From: Bdellovibrionota bacterium
GTDB taxonomy: Bacteria > Bdellovibrionota_C > UBA2361 > JAAYZI01
DNA length: 64,000 bases
Direction of reading: 5' to 3'
Assembly (NCBI GenBank): GCA_050950765.1
Contig: JBMNIF010000003.1
Location: 576,001 to 640,000 of the forward strand
Position numbers and translations under genes: made by a program. Shown in pieces: positions 19,385 to 27,811 of the stretch (the first letter of the stretch is position 1; each line of letters starts with the position of its first letter). The notes under the pieces are model-generated. The model made no database searches. It was given only the letters and a program-made list of their open reading frames with translations, and was not told the DNA's origin.

Positions 19385-19708
19385 TTATTGTGCCGCAACG
19401 CAAGGTGCTGTTTTTGTCTCGGTACACTTGGTAGCTGTTTTTTCCGTCGTAGCCTTAGGAGAAGAATCCGTATTACTTTCATGCGCCGTACCGTGTTCGC
19501 AAGTGTTACAACTATTTTTCCCATTATAATCAGTCTGATACCACCCTGATCCTTTCAATCGAAAAGAAGATAAGGAAACTTGTCGCTTAACATCACTACT
19601 GACACCACGATTTGAACAGTACGGACATTTTTTTAACTCCGCATCATTAATTTTTTGAAAAACTTCTATCACCCCACATACAGGGCAATTATACTCATAA
19701 ATTGGCAT
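19385..19708 (-). CDS. FmdB-family zinc-ribbon protein
   Basis: MPIYEYNCPVCG...CPYC...FRLKGSGWYQTDY. Confidence 0.92.
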   Translation of the reverse strand: MPIYEYNCPVCGVIEVFQKINDAELKKCPYCSNRGVSSDVKRQVSLSSFRLKGSGWYQTDYNGKNSCNTCEHGTAHESNTDSSPKATTEKTATKCTETKTAPCVAAQ

Positions 19709-19841
19709 ATAAAACTCCCAATAAAGTGCTCTACCCCTACGGCGTTACGCCTATAAGCATTACTAGATGCATTATCGATAGTAGCGGGGTTGAGTATAAA
19801 CAACTTGCGCAAGGTGTTTTTTCACTCTTTCAGCACTGTTA

Positions 19842-20153
19842 CTAATTACTACTTTCCTTTAAGTCAAGCACGGCAAGCACCTCTTCTAGGGAACCATCTG
19901 TAATTTCTACACTTTTTTCGCGCGAAGTTTGTCCTCTGATCACAGAAACCGTCGAGGGTGGCACCTTAAAAGTCTTAGCTAAAAATTTACACAACGCCGC
20001 ATTGGCTTTTCCATCCACAGGGGGCGCAGTTACTCCGATCTTCAACCTCCCGTTATGCACCCCTAAGATCTTATCTTTAGACGCCCTTGGAGAGAGTAGC
20101 ACCTCTAAAATCACACCATTTTTTGATTCATGAATTATATCAGCGAGGATCAT
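19842..20153 (-). CDS. yggU: DUF167/YggU family protein
   Basis: PRAS, APPVDGKANAAL, GQTSREK; downstream of yggT. Confidence 0.9.
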   Translation of the reverse strand: MILADIIHESKNGVILEVLLSPRASKDKILGVHNGRLKIGVTAPPVDGKANAALCKFLAKTFKVPPSTVSVIRGQTSREKSVEITDGSLEEVLAVLDLKESSN

Positions 20154-20488
20154 ATCTGATTAGAGAGTAATGTAATATTACTCATCGAAGCTTTTTTTAT
20201 CTGAACACCATACTCTACAAGGGACGGAACTATCGCCAACTGTAAAAATGAGATTACAAGGAGAGCTGCAATAGGTGTAAAATCGATAGATCCGAATACT
20301 AAACGTCTACGACCGAAGAGATTAAAGATCGGCTCTGTCGATTGAACTATAATCCTAACCAAGACATTGCTCGGATCTGCACTCACCCAAGACACCACAA
20401 CTCTTGCAATAATAAGAATCATTAAAAACAACAAAAGAGAGTTTAGAATGTTTCCGATCGCTATTAATATATTACCAAGCAAGATCAT
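20150..20488 (-). CDS. yggT: YggT family membrane protein
   Basis: ARVVVSWV..DP, TEPI, IDFTPI motifs. Confidence 0.9.
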   Translation of the reverse strand: MILLGNILIAIGNILNSLLLFLMILIIARVVVSWVSADPSNVLVRIIVQSTEPIFNLFGRRRLVFGSIDFTPIAALLVISFLQLAIVPSLVEYGVQIKKASMSNITLLSNQI

Positions 20489-20557
20489 CTGTATGCCTCC
20501 ATTACACTTCTCATTTCTGTATTAAAAACCGACAATAGCAGAACAAGCCATCATAAA

Positions 20558-22363
20558 TCAATTAATTATAGTGCCTCCCCGAACCTCACGTGCCTTAATA
20601 GTTGCAATTGACCAATCGAAGTTCGGTGTTGTTTTTCCGATCCGCTCCAACAACCAACACTGCGCTGTGACAGCACTTTTTAAATTAATTTTAAGTCTCG
20701 AATGGCTTCCAAAGAAAGGATAGCCCTCCTCTGTAAAAAGTAGCTCGCCTTGCCACTCCGGCATTTCAACAATCGTTTTAAACTTAGCCTCTCTCGGTGC
20801 CTCTTCAGAGCAGTGTTGAGCAACCCTGACCCTAATCCCACGAGGGAAATCAGTATAAAAGAACCTACTAGGGGTAGGCTCTATCGCTTTAAGAGTTCTC
20901 GGTTCAGAAAAACGGAGCAACAACCATTCATTCCCGTTCTGCGTTGTTGACCACCGTGTTCTCCAATTTCTATCCCTTAAGGGAGAGAACTCCTCCTCTG
21001 AAGAATACTTTGAATCATAAAAACGGATCTGCGGATCAAGCACCACAACATCAATAAAACGTCCTCTCCTAGAATCTTTTAACTCCAAGCTCCACAATCC
21101 GAATGAGTTTAAAAGATGTAACGACGGAGAAGTCAGATATTTTTCATACACAATCTTTGTTGGGTCTCTCTTTAGCAACTCTCTAAACTCTTCCTTAGCA
21201 CGTCCTGCAATCGGAGATTGTAAAAGTGGAGTAGCGCCACTCGGCATAAAGAGAATCGCCACAAAGAGAGCATAAAATTCCGCTCTAGCAAAACTTAAGT
21301 GCAATAAAAAAACAAAAATAGTTAAAGCAAAAACGAACGGAGTAAGTGTAAAAAAGAAAAAGTGCGGGATAGTACGGTTCAGTGTAGCGATCGGCATAAT
21401 ATGACTAATATCTTCAGAGCAAGCGATATCAAGTATAAGTAACAAACTAAGTAGTAAGCTCCACCCAAATAGCCCCTTATTTTTAAGTTTCCACGCCGAA
21501 GGAATGCCGAGAACTAATATCAGCAGTAGCAGCAACATAGCAGGTTTATAATAAACCTCTTTTAAAAAGGGACGATCAATCGTCGGAACCACAGGAGCTT
21601 CTGGACCAATCAACGGTCTAATCATACCTGGCAAGCCATCATCCGCCACAACGTGCGTTACAACGTTAGCCGGATAATCAGGATTGAGAGGCACGGGAGC
21701 TTTGCATAAACAAACAACGGTCGGGAGAAGTAACAACGCAACATAACAGACTCGTTTACGAGAAAGCGATTCTTTCGTAAAAAAGAACGCCACCATCACC
21801 CCTACCACAACAAAGAGGATAGAGAGTTGATTTGCCGTCACCATTAAACGGTACGAAAAGAAAAGGGCTAAAATACAATATGGTAAACTCTTCAGATCAA
21901 GCTTTAAAGAAAGGATCGTAAATAATGTAAAGAGTGGCAACCACGCAAAAGATCCAAGTAGTACCGTGTCTCCTCCCCATAACCCAACTACACAAAAGAG
22001 CCACACCAAACTTAAAAGCGCTGCTGCGGCAAAACGGTTCGGAGAGATCTTTAAGTATAAGAAAAAGAGAGAGACAGTTCCGATCGAGAGGCAAAGCAGA
22101 TTATACAGTAACGGCATATCTTCACTTGCCACAGAAAATTGCGTACATAAAAAAGCCGCACCTCGTGCTAACAACGGATCCCAACGCCAATTCACAAAAG
22201 CGTTATGACTACCATTAGCTAAACTAAACCAATCACCGCTTACTGCCGTAGTAGAAAGTTGCGAAACCTGTTGCACATCAACGATCGGAAAATGCGTAAA
22301 CGCCTCCCACTGTAAGAAAGCTAATAAGATAAGAACTAAAATAGCAGAGATATACTTTATCAT
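20558..22363 (-). CDS. Polytopic membrane protein with C-terminal discoidin (F5/8 type C)-like domain
   Basis: Many TM helices; C-terminal RWST...EWLLLRFSEP..LKAI...DFPRG pattern. Confidence 0.65.
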   Translation of the reverse strand: MIKYISAILVLILLAFLQWEAFTHFPIVDVQQVSQLSTTAVSGDWFSLANGSHNAFVNWRWDPLLARGAAFLCTQFSVASEDMPLLYNLLCLSIGTVSLFFLYLKISPNRFAAAALLSLVWLFCVVGLWGGDTVLLGSFAWLPLFTLFTILSLKLDLKSLPYCILALFFSYRLMVTANQLSILFVVVGVMVAFFFTKESLSRKRVCYVALLLLPTVVCLCKAPVPLNPDYPANVVTHVVADDGLPGMIRPLIGPEAPVVPTIDRPFLKEVYYKPAMLLLLLILVLGIPSAWKLKNKGLFGWSLLLSLLLILDIACSEDISHIMPIATLNRTIPHFFFFTLTPFVFALTIFVFLLHLSFARAEFYALFVAILFMPSGATPLLQSPIAGRAKEEFRELLKRDPTKIVYEKYLTSPSLHLLNSFGLWSLELKDSRRGRFIDVVVLDPQIRFYDSKYSSEEEFSPLRDRNWRTRWSTTQNGNEWLLLRFSEPRTLKAIEPTPSRFFYTDFPRGIRVRVAQHCSEEAPREAKFKTIVEMPEWQGELLFTEEGYPFFGSHSRLKINLKSAVTAQCWLLERIGKTTPNFDWSIATIKAREVRGGTIIN

Positions 22364-22365
22364 TA

Positions 22366-24642
22366 TTATTTTCTTCCTCTAAAATGGCTTAAAAAGAAAC
22401 GTTCAAAGGCGCTTTTAGCATAAATCTTTAACGGTTGATCAACGGGACACCCCTTTAATTCAATAAAAGAAACGTGTTCAGAGATTCGCCTCTCAGAGAC
22501 TTCACAACCTGCAACCTGCACAAAAGGAAGATAGGTAAACTTCAGCACAGCATCAGGAGTGTGTAGCTTCAGCACGACACAGTTTGTCTCCTGACTGAGG
22601 ATCTCTCCTGTTCCTTCCAGAAAGTAATCACCGTGATAATTCTTCCTCAAAAAAAGCATAAAGCGATCATTATGCCCACCTTTCCAGATTAGTTCATAAT
22701 CAGATGGATTTGAGAGGAAGAGTTTTTTTAACTTCGGTTCATGCGCTATAACTCCCTTAACGTTATAGAGATCAAAATATTCTTTCATTCCGGAGTGACC
22801 TTTTTTTAAGTACTCCACCGGAATAACATCAGTGTACCACCATTTATCGTGTTGATAACTTGAGGCTATTAACGGACGCTCTGCCTCTAACGCCAGAGGT
22901 GCAACATGTCCGTTACTTAACTCATGCATAATAAATCCGGAAAAGATCACTCTACCATCAGCGGGAGTTTTTGTTTTTATCGCTTCCGCCAACCCTTCAT
23001 AAGTCGGACTCTTAAAACGAAATTGCTCTAACGTCCTATTATTAAGGATTGCAGCTACGGAAAGAGGTGAGGCAAAAAGAAAGCCGCCCAAAAGTGCCGC
23101 CATAGTCGTATTAAAAAAAGCAGGCTTTTCAAGAGCACGCCTCATCACCTCATAAATGGCAACAGCAGCAGGGATTGAAGAGATAAAGACCAATACAATC
23201 AACATACGATCAAGCTCTAGTTGTGGCTTGACTGTTACAACAGCACCACCTAAAAAAAGTAGCCACAATCCAGTTATAATATAAGTTATCCTAGTGCGCC
23301 TGCGCAGTAAAAAGATGCCTGGCAGCGCCATAAAGATAAGTAACGGATTGCTATTGCCTGCTTTTTCGCGAATGAATTTTTTAGCCTTTATAAAATCCAT
23401 TTTCCCAGCACGGTGCTTATATTTGCGTCTAGTCGGTTTAGGTTGCACCTTATTCTCTGTTACACTCGAGATAGTATCGGCTGATTTAACGTGTTCAGGA
23501 GTTACGACGATTCCTGTTTGAGGTGCTTCAACACTCTCTTTTTTGCTCTCTTCTTTTTCTGCTTTCATAAAGCTAAAAACATTAGAAGCTTGTACAAAGA
23601 TAACTATCCACGGTGCATTCAATAAAAATAAAGTAATAAACATCCCCAACATGTAACGCTTCTTTAAAACACGTCGGATTAGAAAAATACCTATTATAAT
23701 TAACGGTAGAAAAACTACTCCAGAAAGTGACCAGAAAAGCATCAGTGTGCCTACCACAATAGTTAAGATCGTTTCTTTTAGAGAAAGAGCATCATCTTTA
23801 GCAAGGATCTTAGAAGCTGCAATAACGATAATCGGCATCAACGCAATAGAGGTTACAAACCCGATGGTGCCATACACCAACGCCCATTCATACCAAACCA
23901 AACTACTCGTCATAGCTAATAACGCTGCCAGAGCAGGGATGGGGCGGCTAAGTTTTTCCATGCGACAAGCTAGATACGTTGCAGCAGGAGTAATGCCAAA
24001 CATTATTAGAACGATAATAAGATTATAAATTTTCTCTACATCAAAGAGATAGATTAACGGAGCTGTTAAGAAAAACACATTTAAAACACCTGACGGAAAG
24101 AACTCTCTACTCTCAACACCACCATTCCAGAGAGGATTATAGAAAGGGATATCAGGGAAGTTCTCCTTTAGTAACATTAAGCGGTAATAGAAACTGGCGT
24201 GATCATCATTAAAGAGGATACGTCCAGAACTTTCAGTAAGAAACGAAGTTGTCAAAAGTACAATGGCTAGCGGAGTGAATAATGCAAAGACATTGAGCAT
24301 ACGCCGACGCAACAACACCAACGTTATAAGAGCACCAAGTATAATCTCACCCCTAATAGCAGGGCCTTGCAGCATTGAATAATTCCGACACAACCAGTCA
24401 TTAAAGAAAACTAATAGTAATCCCGCAGCAAAAACCTCCGGTTCAAGACGCAGCTCTTTAACACGCCCTCGTAACAACAATATGGAGAGCAAAATCAACC
24501 CTCCCGTCACACCTAACAGATACGTCCCTGAAGTAAGCCAAAGCGTCCCATTATTTGACCAGAAACGAACGATGCCGGATAGAAATATAAATAGCAGCAG
24601 TGTCAATGAAAGAGAGAAAAGTAATCTTGCAAGTTTTGTCAT
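22366..24642 (-). CDS. Polytopic membrane protein, probable GT-C fold glycosyltransferase
   Basis: More than 10 TM helices; first large loop has DDH and YNPLWNGG; soluble C-terminal domain. Confidence 0.55.
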   Translation of the reverse strand: MTKLARLLFSLSLTLLLFIFLSGIVRFWSNNGTLWLTSGTYLLGVTGGLILLSILLLRGRVKELRLEPEVFAAGLLLVFFNDWLCRNYSMLQGPAIRGEIILGALITLVLLRRRMLNVFALFTPLAIVLLTTSFLTESSGRILFNDDHASFYYRLMLLKENFPDIPFYNPLWNGGVESREFFPSGVLNVFFLTAPLIYLFDVEKIYNLIIVLIMFGITPAATYLACRMEKLSRPIPALAALLAMTSSLVWYEWALVYGTIGFVTSIALMPIIVIAASKILAKDDALSLKETILTIVVGTLMLFWSLSGVVFLPLIIIGIFLIRRVLKKRYMLGMFITLFLLNAPWIVIFVQASNVFSFMKAEKEESKKESVEAPQTGIVVTPEHVKSADTISSVTENKVQPKPTRRKYKHRAGKMDFIKAKKFIREKAGNSNPLLIFMALPGIFLLRRRTRITYIITGLWLLFLGGAVVTVKPQLELDRMLIVLVFISSIPAAVAIYEVMRRALEKPAFFNTTMAALLGGFLFASPLSVAAILNNRTLEQFRFKSPTYEGLAEAIKTKTPADGRVIFSGFIMHELSNGHVAPLALEAERPLIASSYQHDKWWYTDVIPVEYLKKGHSGMKEYFDLYNVKGVIAHEPKLKKLFLSNPSDYELIWKGGHNDRFMLFLRKNYHGDYFLEGTGEILSQETNCVVLKLHTPDAVLKFTYLPFVQVAGCEVSERRISEHVSFIELKGCPVDQPLKIYAKSAFERFFLSHFRGRK

Positions 24643-24876
24643 GCTATCCTCAGTAAGAATATAGATTCCGAGCTAGGATAATTGAAACAGTCAAAAAATG
24701 GTACTATTCTTAAATTTCTTCATTTTTATCTGTATTTAAGAAGGTTTAAAGACACTGCAATTTGTCTTGGATATCTTTACAACTACTTGATCACTTTCGA
24801 AATTTTCGCTAGCATCGGGAACGCTGTCATTAGCAAAAAGTCATCCTTTTTCCTATTTTCATTGCAGCAATGGTGT

Positions 24877-24957
24877 GCGGAGGTGGTGGAATGGCAGACA
24901 CGCCAGACTTAGGATCTGGTGCCGCAAGGCTTGGGGGTTCAACTCCCCCTCTCCGCA
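24877..24957 (+). tRNA. tRNA-Leu (anticodon UAG), CCA not encoded
   Basis: Acceptor stem GCGGAGG/TCTCCGC plus discriminator A; D-loop TGGCAGA; anticodon arm CCAGA-CTTAGGA-TCTGG; long variable arm GCCGCAAGGC; T-arm GGGGG-TTCAACT-CCCCC. Confidence 0.97.
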
Positions 24958-25032
24958 TTTTTAGATCAATTCCTCTCCTTTGATGTGTAGCAACTTTAAT
25001 TTATACCGGCAAAGTCTCCTCTTTAACTTTGC

Positions 25033-25218
25033 TTATTTATTTTTACCAGCTTTAATGTTTGCATTTTGTTGCCAATCTTCGCCGTCAATTAATAAACGTT
25101 GAGCCTTTGGTGTTTTTCCTGGAGTATACTTGTATACTATTTCAAAAGAATTTTTTCCCATTCTAAACATATGATCTAAACTGTAAGCATATTCTTCAGG
25201 GATATAGCATTGATTCTC
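25033..25218 (-). pseudogene. Possible gene remnant (61 open codons) converging on the tRNA
   Basis: Translates ENQCYIPEEYAYSLDHMFRMGKNSFEIVYKYTPGKTPKAQRLLIDGEDWQQNANIKAGKNK*; preceded by an in-frame TAA, with no clear start. Confidence 0.35.
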
Positions 25219-25264
25219 TTAAATACTTAAAAGCACTTCATACAAAGAGAGTTATCGTTAGATA

Positions 25265-27709
25265 CTAGATCCTTTCATCTCTATCTTTAAGAATATCAAA
25301 ATGTTTACGATATTCCGCCTTTACTTCCGGATCCTTCTCCTCTTTAAATCTATCAATAACGATCTTTAACGCTGCAATGTTGTTTGTGCGGATAGACTTT
25401 AAAGCTACGATCCTAACCTTCTTACTCTTATGTTTTAAGAGCTCAAGTCGTTCCACTAATGCAACTGAATTTTGATGTTTTTCAAGGACAAACGCTAAGA
25501 GATCTGCGTTCGTACTTTCTAAGAAAATCGAGACCAACTTGACAGGATTATCAACTATATCAAAAGCGTGTACAGCCTTTTCAACCTTCTCCCACGCCAT
25601 CATATCAGCCATAGCCAATACACCGACAGCGTGCCCCAACTCTGCTCGTTTATCCCAATGTTCAATCCGCACCCAATTTACAAGAGCTGCCGCCGGATCT
25701 TCCGTAAGACTTTTACCAGCTAAGATTTCAAAAGCCTCCTGTACGATCTCTTCATCTTCATTATCAGCTAATATCGCCAACAAGATCTTTTCAGCATCTT
25801 TATCAACCCAAACTCCGAAGCTGGCTAGATCACTTACCTTACTTTTACCGGCAGAAGCACTAATCAAAGCATTCAAAACATTGGCTGGAAGATCATTTCT
25901 ATCACGCACAACTTTTAAGAAATACATCCGTGTTGGATCTAAAATTCCTCTATTAAGTGCGAGATCGGCGATGGCTCTGGTACTGATATCATTACGCTCT
26001 GATAAAATCGGCATTATCTTAAGGATATCTTCATTCGTTAGTAGCTCCTTTTTCTGTATTATATCCTCACCAAAAACAGTAGCTAACTGCGAATGCATTA
26101 AAAGCAAAGCTAAAACAGAATATTCCGAAGCCTCATCAATACTTAAAGCATCACCTACCATCTGCGACAAAACAAGTTGATACTCCTGCATATCCCTTGA
26201 GTCTAAAGCTAATGATGCCGTCAACCTCAAAACAAATTCAGGCTCTTTAGGATAAGCGCTTTTTAGAAGCTTTTGACGTTCTTCCATCGGTAAGGTCGGA
26301 TTAAGCGCTTTCAAAACATTAGTGTAGTGCGGAGGAAGATCTTTACCACGTAACCTGTTAAGCCAAGCCCTGACCTGTCCAGCACTTCGCATCCAACCGG
26401 TCTTACTAACGATCCGAATTAAAACTTTTTCAGCGTCCTGTCTGAGATCTTCTGTCGGAGCGTCTTTAGCAAGGTGCACAATCGTAAGATAGGCACGCGG
26501 ATCATCTGAATCTTGCCATTTCTTTAAAAGGTGTTGAAAATCATTCTCTTGCAATTTGCGCTGTTTATCTAGCACTGAGGTAGTTGTCTCACCAAACGGA
26601 TTCTGATTATTTTCTAGCGGTGCTATCGGAACAACTTCCTCTCCTCCACCTGAAAAAAGCACCACCACTATCACACAAAACACAGCAGCAGCGATTGCTA
26701 TAAGTTTTTTCTTCTTCGCCTTCTGCGCGCGTGCTGCTTCTTCTTCAGCAGCAGCCATCTTTTGTTGCGCCAACTTCGGATCGGGAGCTACATATTGAGA
26801 AGATCCAGAGCTTGAAGTCGTAGAAGTTGAAGGTTTTACCAAAGAAGGCTTTGCCTCCGCACGTACAGCTGGAGCTTGTGTAGCGGAGAGGGCATTTTGT
26901 CTGATATCAGTGATAGCTTGCAGCACCTCTGCCGCAGATTGAAATCTTTTTTGAGGATCTGGTTCTAAACAACGAAAGATAACTTGTTCAGCCCAAATCG
27001 GGGGTATCGATAGATATTTAGAGATCGGTTCAACTCGTGTAAGATTAAAAGTCGTACCCAATTCTGCTATCCCTTCTCCGTAAGGATATCTACCCGTAAA
27101 AAAGAGATACCCTAATACTCCGAAGGCAAAGATATCTGATGCTTTTGAAAAAGGTGCGCCATCTTTTAACTCTGGAGCAACAAACGGCAAGACTTCAACT
27201 GAAGGGGGTGTGTTGCTAAAAGCATTCGTAGCATTGGCGATCCCCAACACGGATATCATGGAGAGATCCCCTAAGCGATCGATCCAGAAAGAAGCTCCGC
27301 ACAGATCTTCACAAACGATATCAGCTTTATGTAAGCGATCTACCAAACGTAAACACGAGATAAAACGTCTCTCCGCTTCCACAACTTCGATATTACCACT
27401 TCCCGCCGGATGTCCGTCCAACTTAGTAAAAACTACAAATGCTATCCCTTGCGTATCGACACCAAAGGCTAACGGTTCAATCAGGGGTGGCTTGATTGCA
27501 GTAATTTTTTCCATTCTTTCAAGAAAAGTCTTGACTGCTTCAGAATCAATTGCCAGTGGAGAACGCATCATCCACAGTGAAACGTGATTACCCGTCGCTT
27601 TTTCAACTGCGTCATAAGCATCAGCACCCCATGTCGAAACAAACTGCCCCTGTAAAGAATAATAATCTGTAATTACTCCTGGTGTATGTAACGACTGCAA
27701 GTTATCCAT
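25265..27709 (-). CDS. Membrane-anchored Ser/Thr pseudokinase with large helical extracytoplasmic domain
   Basis: C-lobe motifs retained (FVAPE, SDIFAFG, CLEPDPQKRFQSA); Gly loop, VAIK, HRDLKPxN and DFG are degenerate; TM helix near residues 336-354. Confidence 0.8.
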   Translation of the reverse strand: MDNLQSLHTPGVITDYYSLQGQFVSTWGADAYDAVEKATGNHVSLWMMRSPLAIDSEAVKTFLERMEKITAIKPPLIEPLAFGVDTQGIAFVVFTKLDGHPAGSGNIEVVEAERRFISCLRLVDRLHKADIVCEDLCGASFWIDRLGDLSMISVLGIANATNAFSNTPPSVEVLPFVAPELKDGAPFSKASDIFAFGVLGYLFFTGRYPYGEGIAELGTTFNLTRVEPISKYLSIPPIWAEQVIFRCLEPDPQKRFQSAAEVLQAITDIRQNALSATQAPAVRAEAKPSLVKPSTSTTSSSGSSQYVAPDPKLAQQKMAAAEEEAARAQKAKKKKLIAIAAAVFCVIVVVLFSGGGEEVVPIAPLENNQNPFGETTTSVLDKQRKLQENDFQHLLKKWQDSDDPRAYLTIVHLAKDAPTEDLRQDAEKVLIRIVSKTGWMRSAGQVRAWLNRLRGKDLPPHYTNVLKALNPTLPMEERQKLLKSAYPKEPEFVLRLTASLALDSRDMQEYQLVLSQMVGDALSIDEASEYSVLALLLMHSQLATVFGEDIIQKKELLTNEDILKIMPILSERNDISTRAIADLALNRGILDPTRMYFLKVVRDRNDLPANVLNALISASAGKSKVSDLASFGVWVDKDAEKILLAILADNEDEEIVQEAFEILAGKSLTEDPAAALVNWVRIEHWDKRAELGHAVGVLAMADMMAWEKVEKAVHAFDIVDNPVKLVSIFLESTNADLLAFVLEKHQNSVALVERLELLKHKSKKVRIVALKSIRTNNIAALKIVIDRFKEEKDPEVKAEYRKHFDILKDRDERI

Positions 27710-27811
27710 AATTACCTTCCTCCACAGCTCAAGTGAACCATTAGCATATCCTTAGATGAGTGTTTATATTCTTTCAAGCACACTCAAAGCTCACCATTTC
27801 ACCCCTTACGT

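Noticed and set aside
24682..24912. 76-aa ORF
   Set aside because: Runs into the tRNA-Leu gene and covers its AT-rich promoter region; likely spurious.
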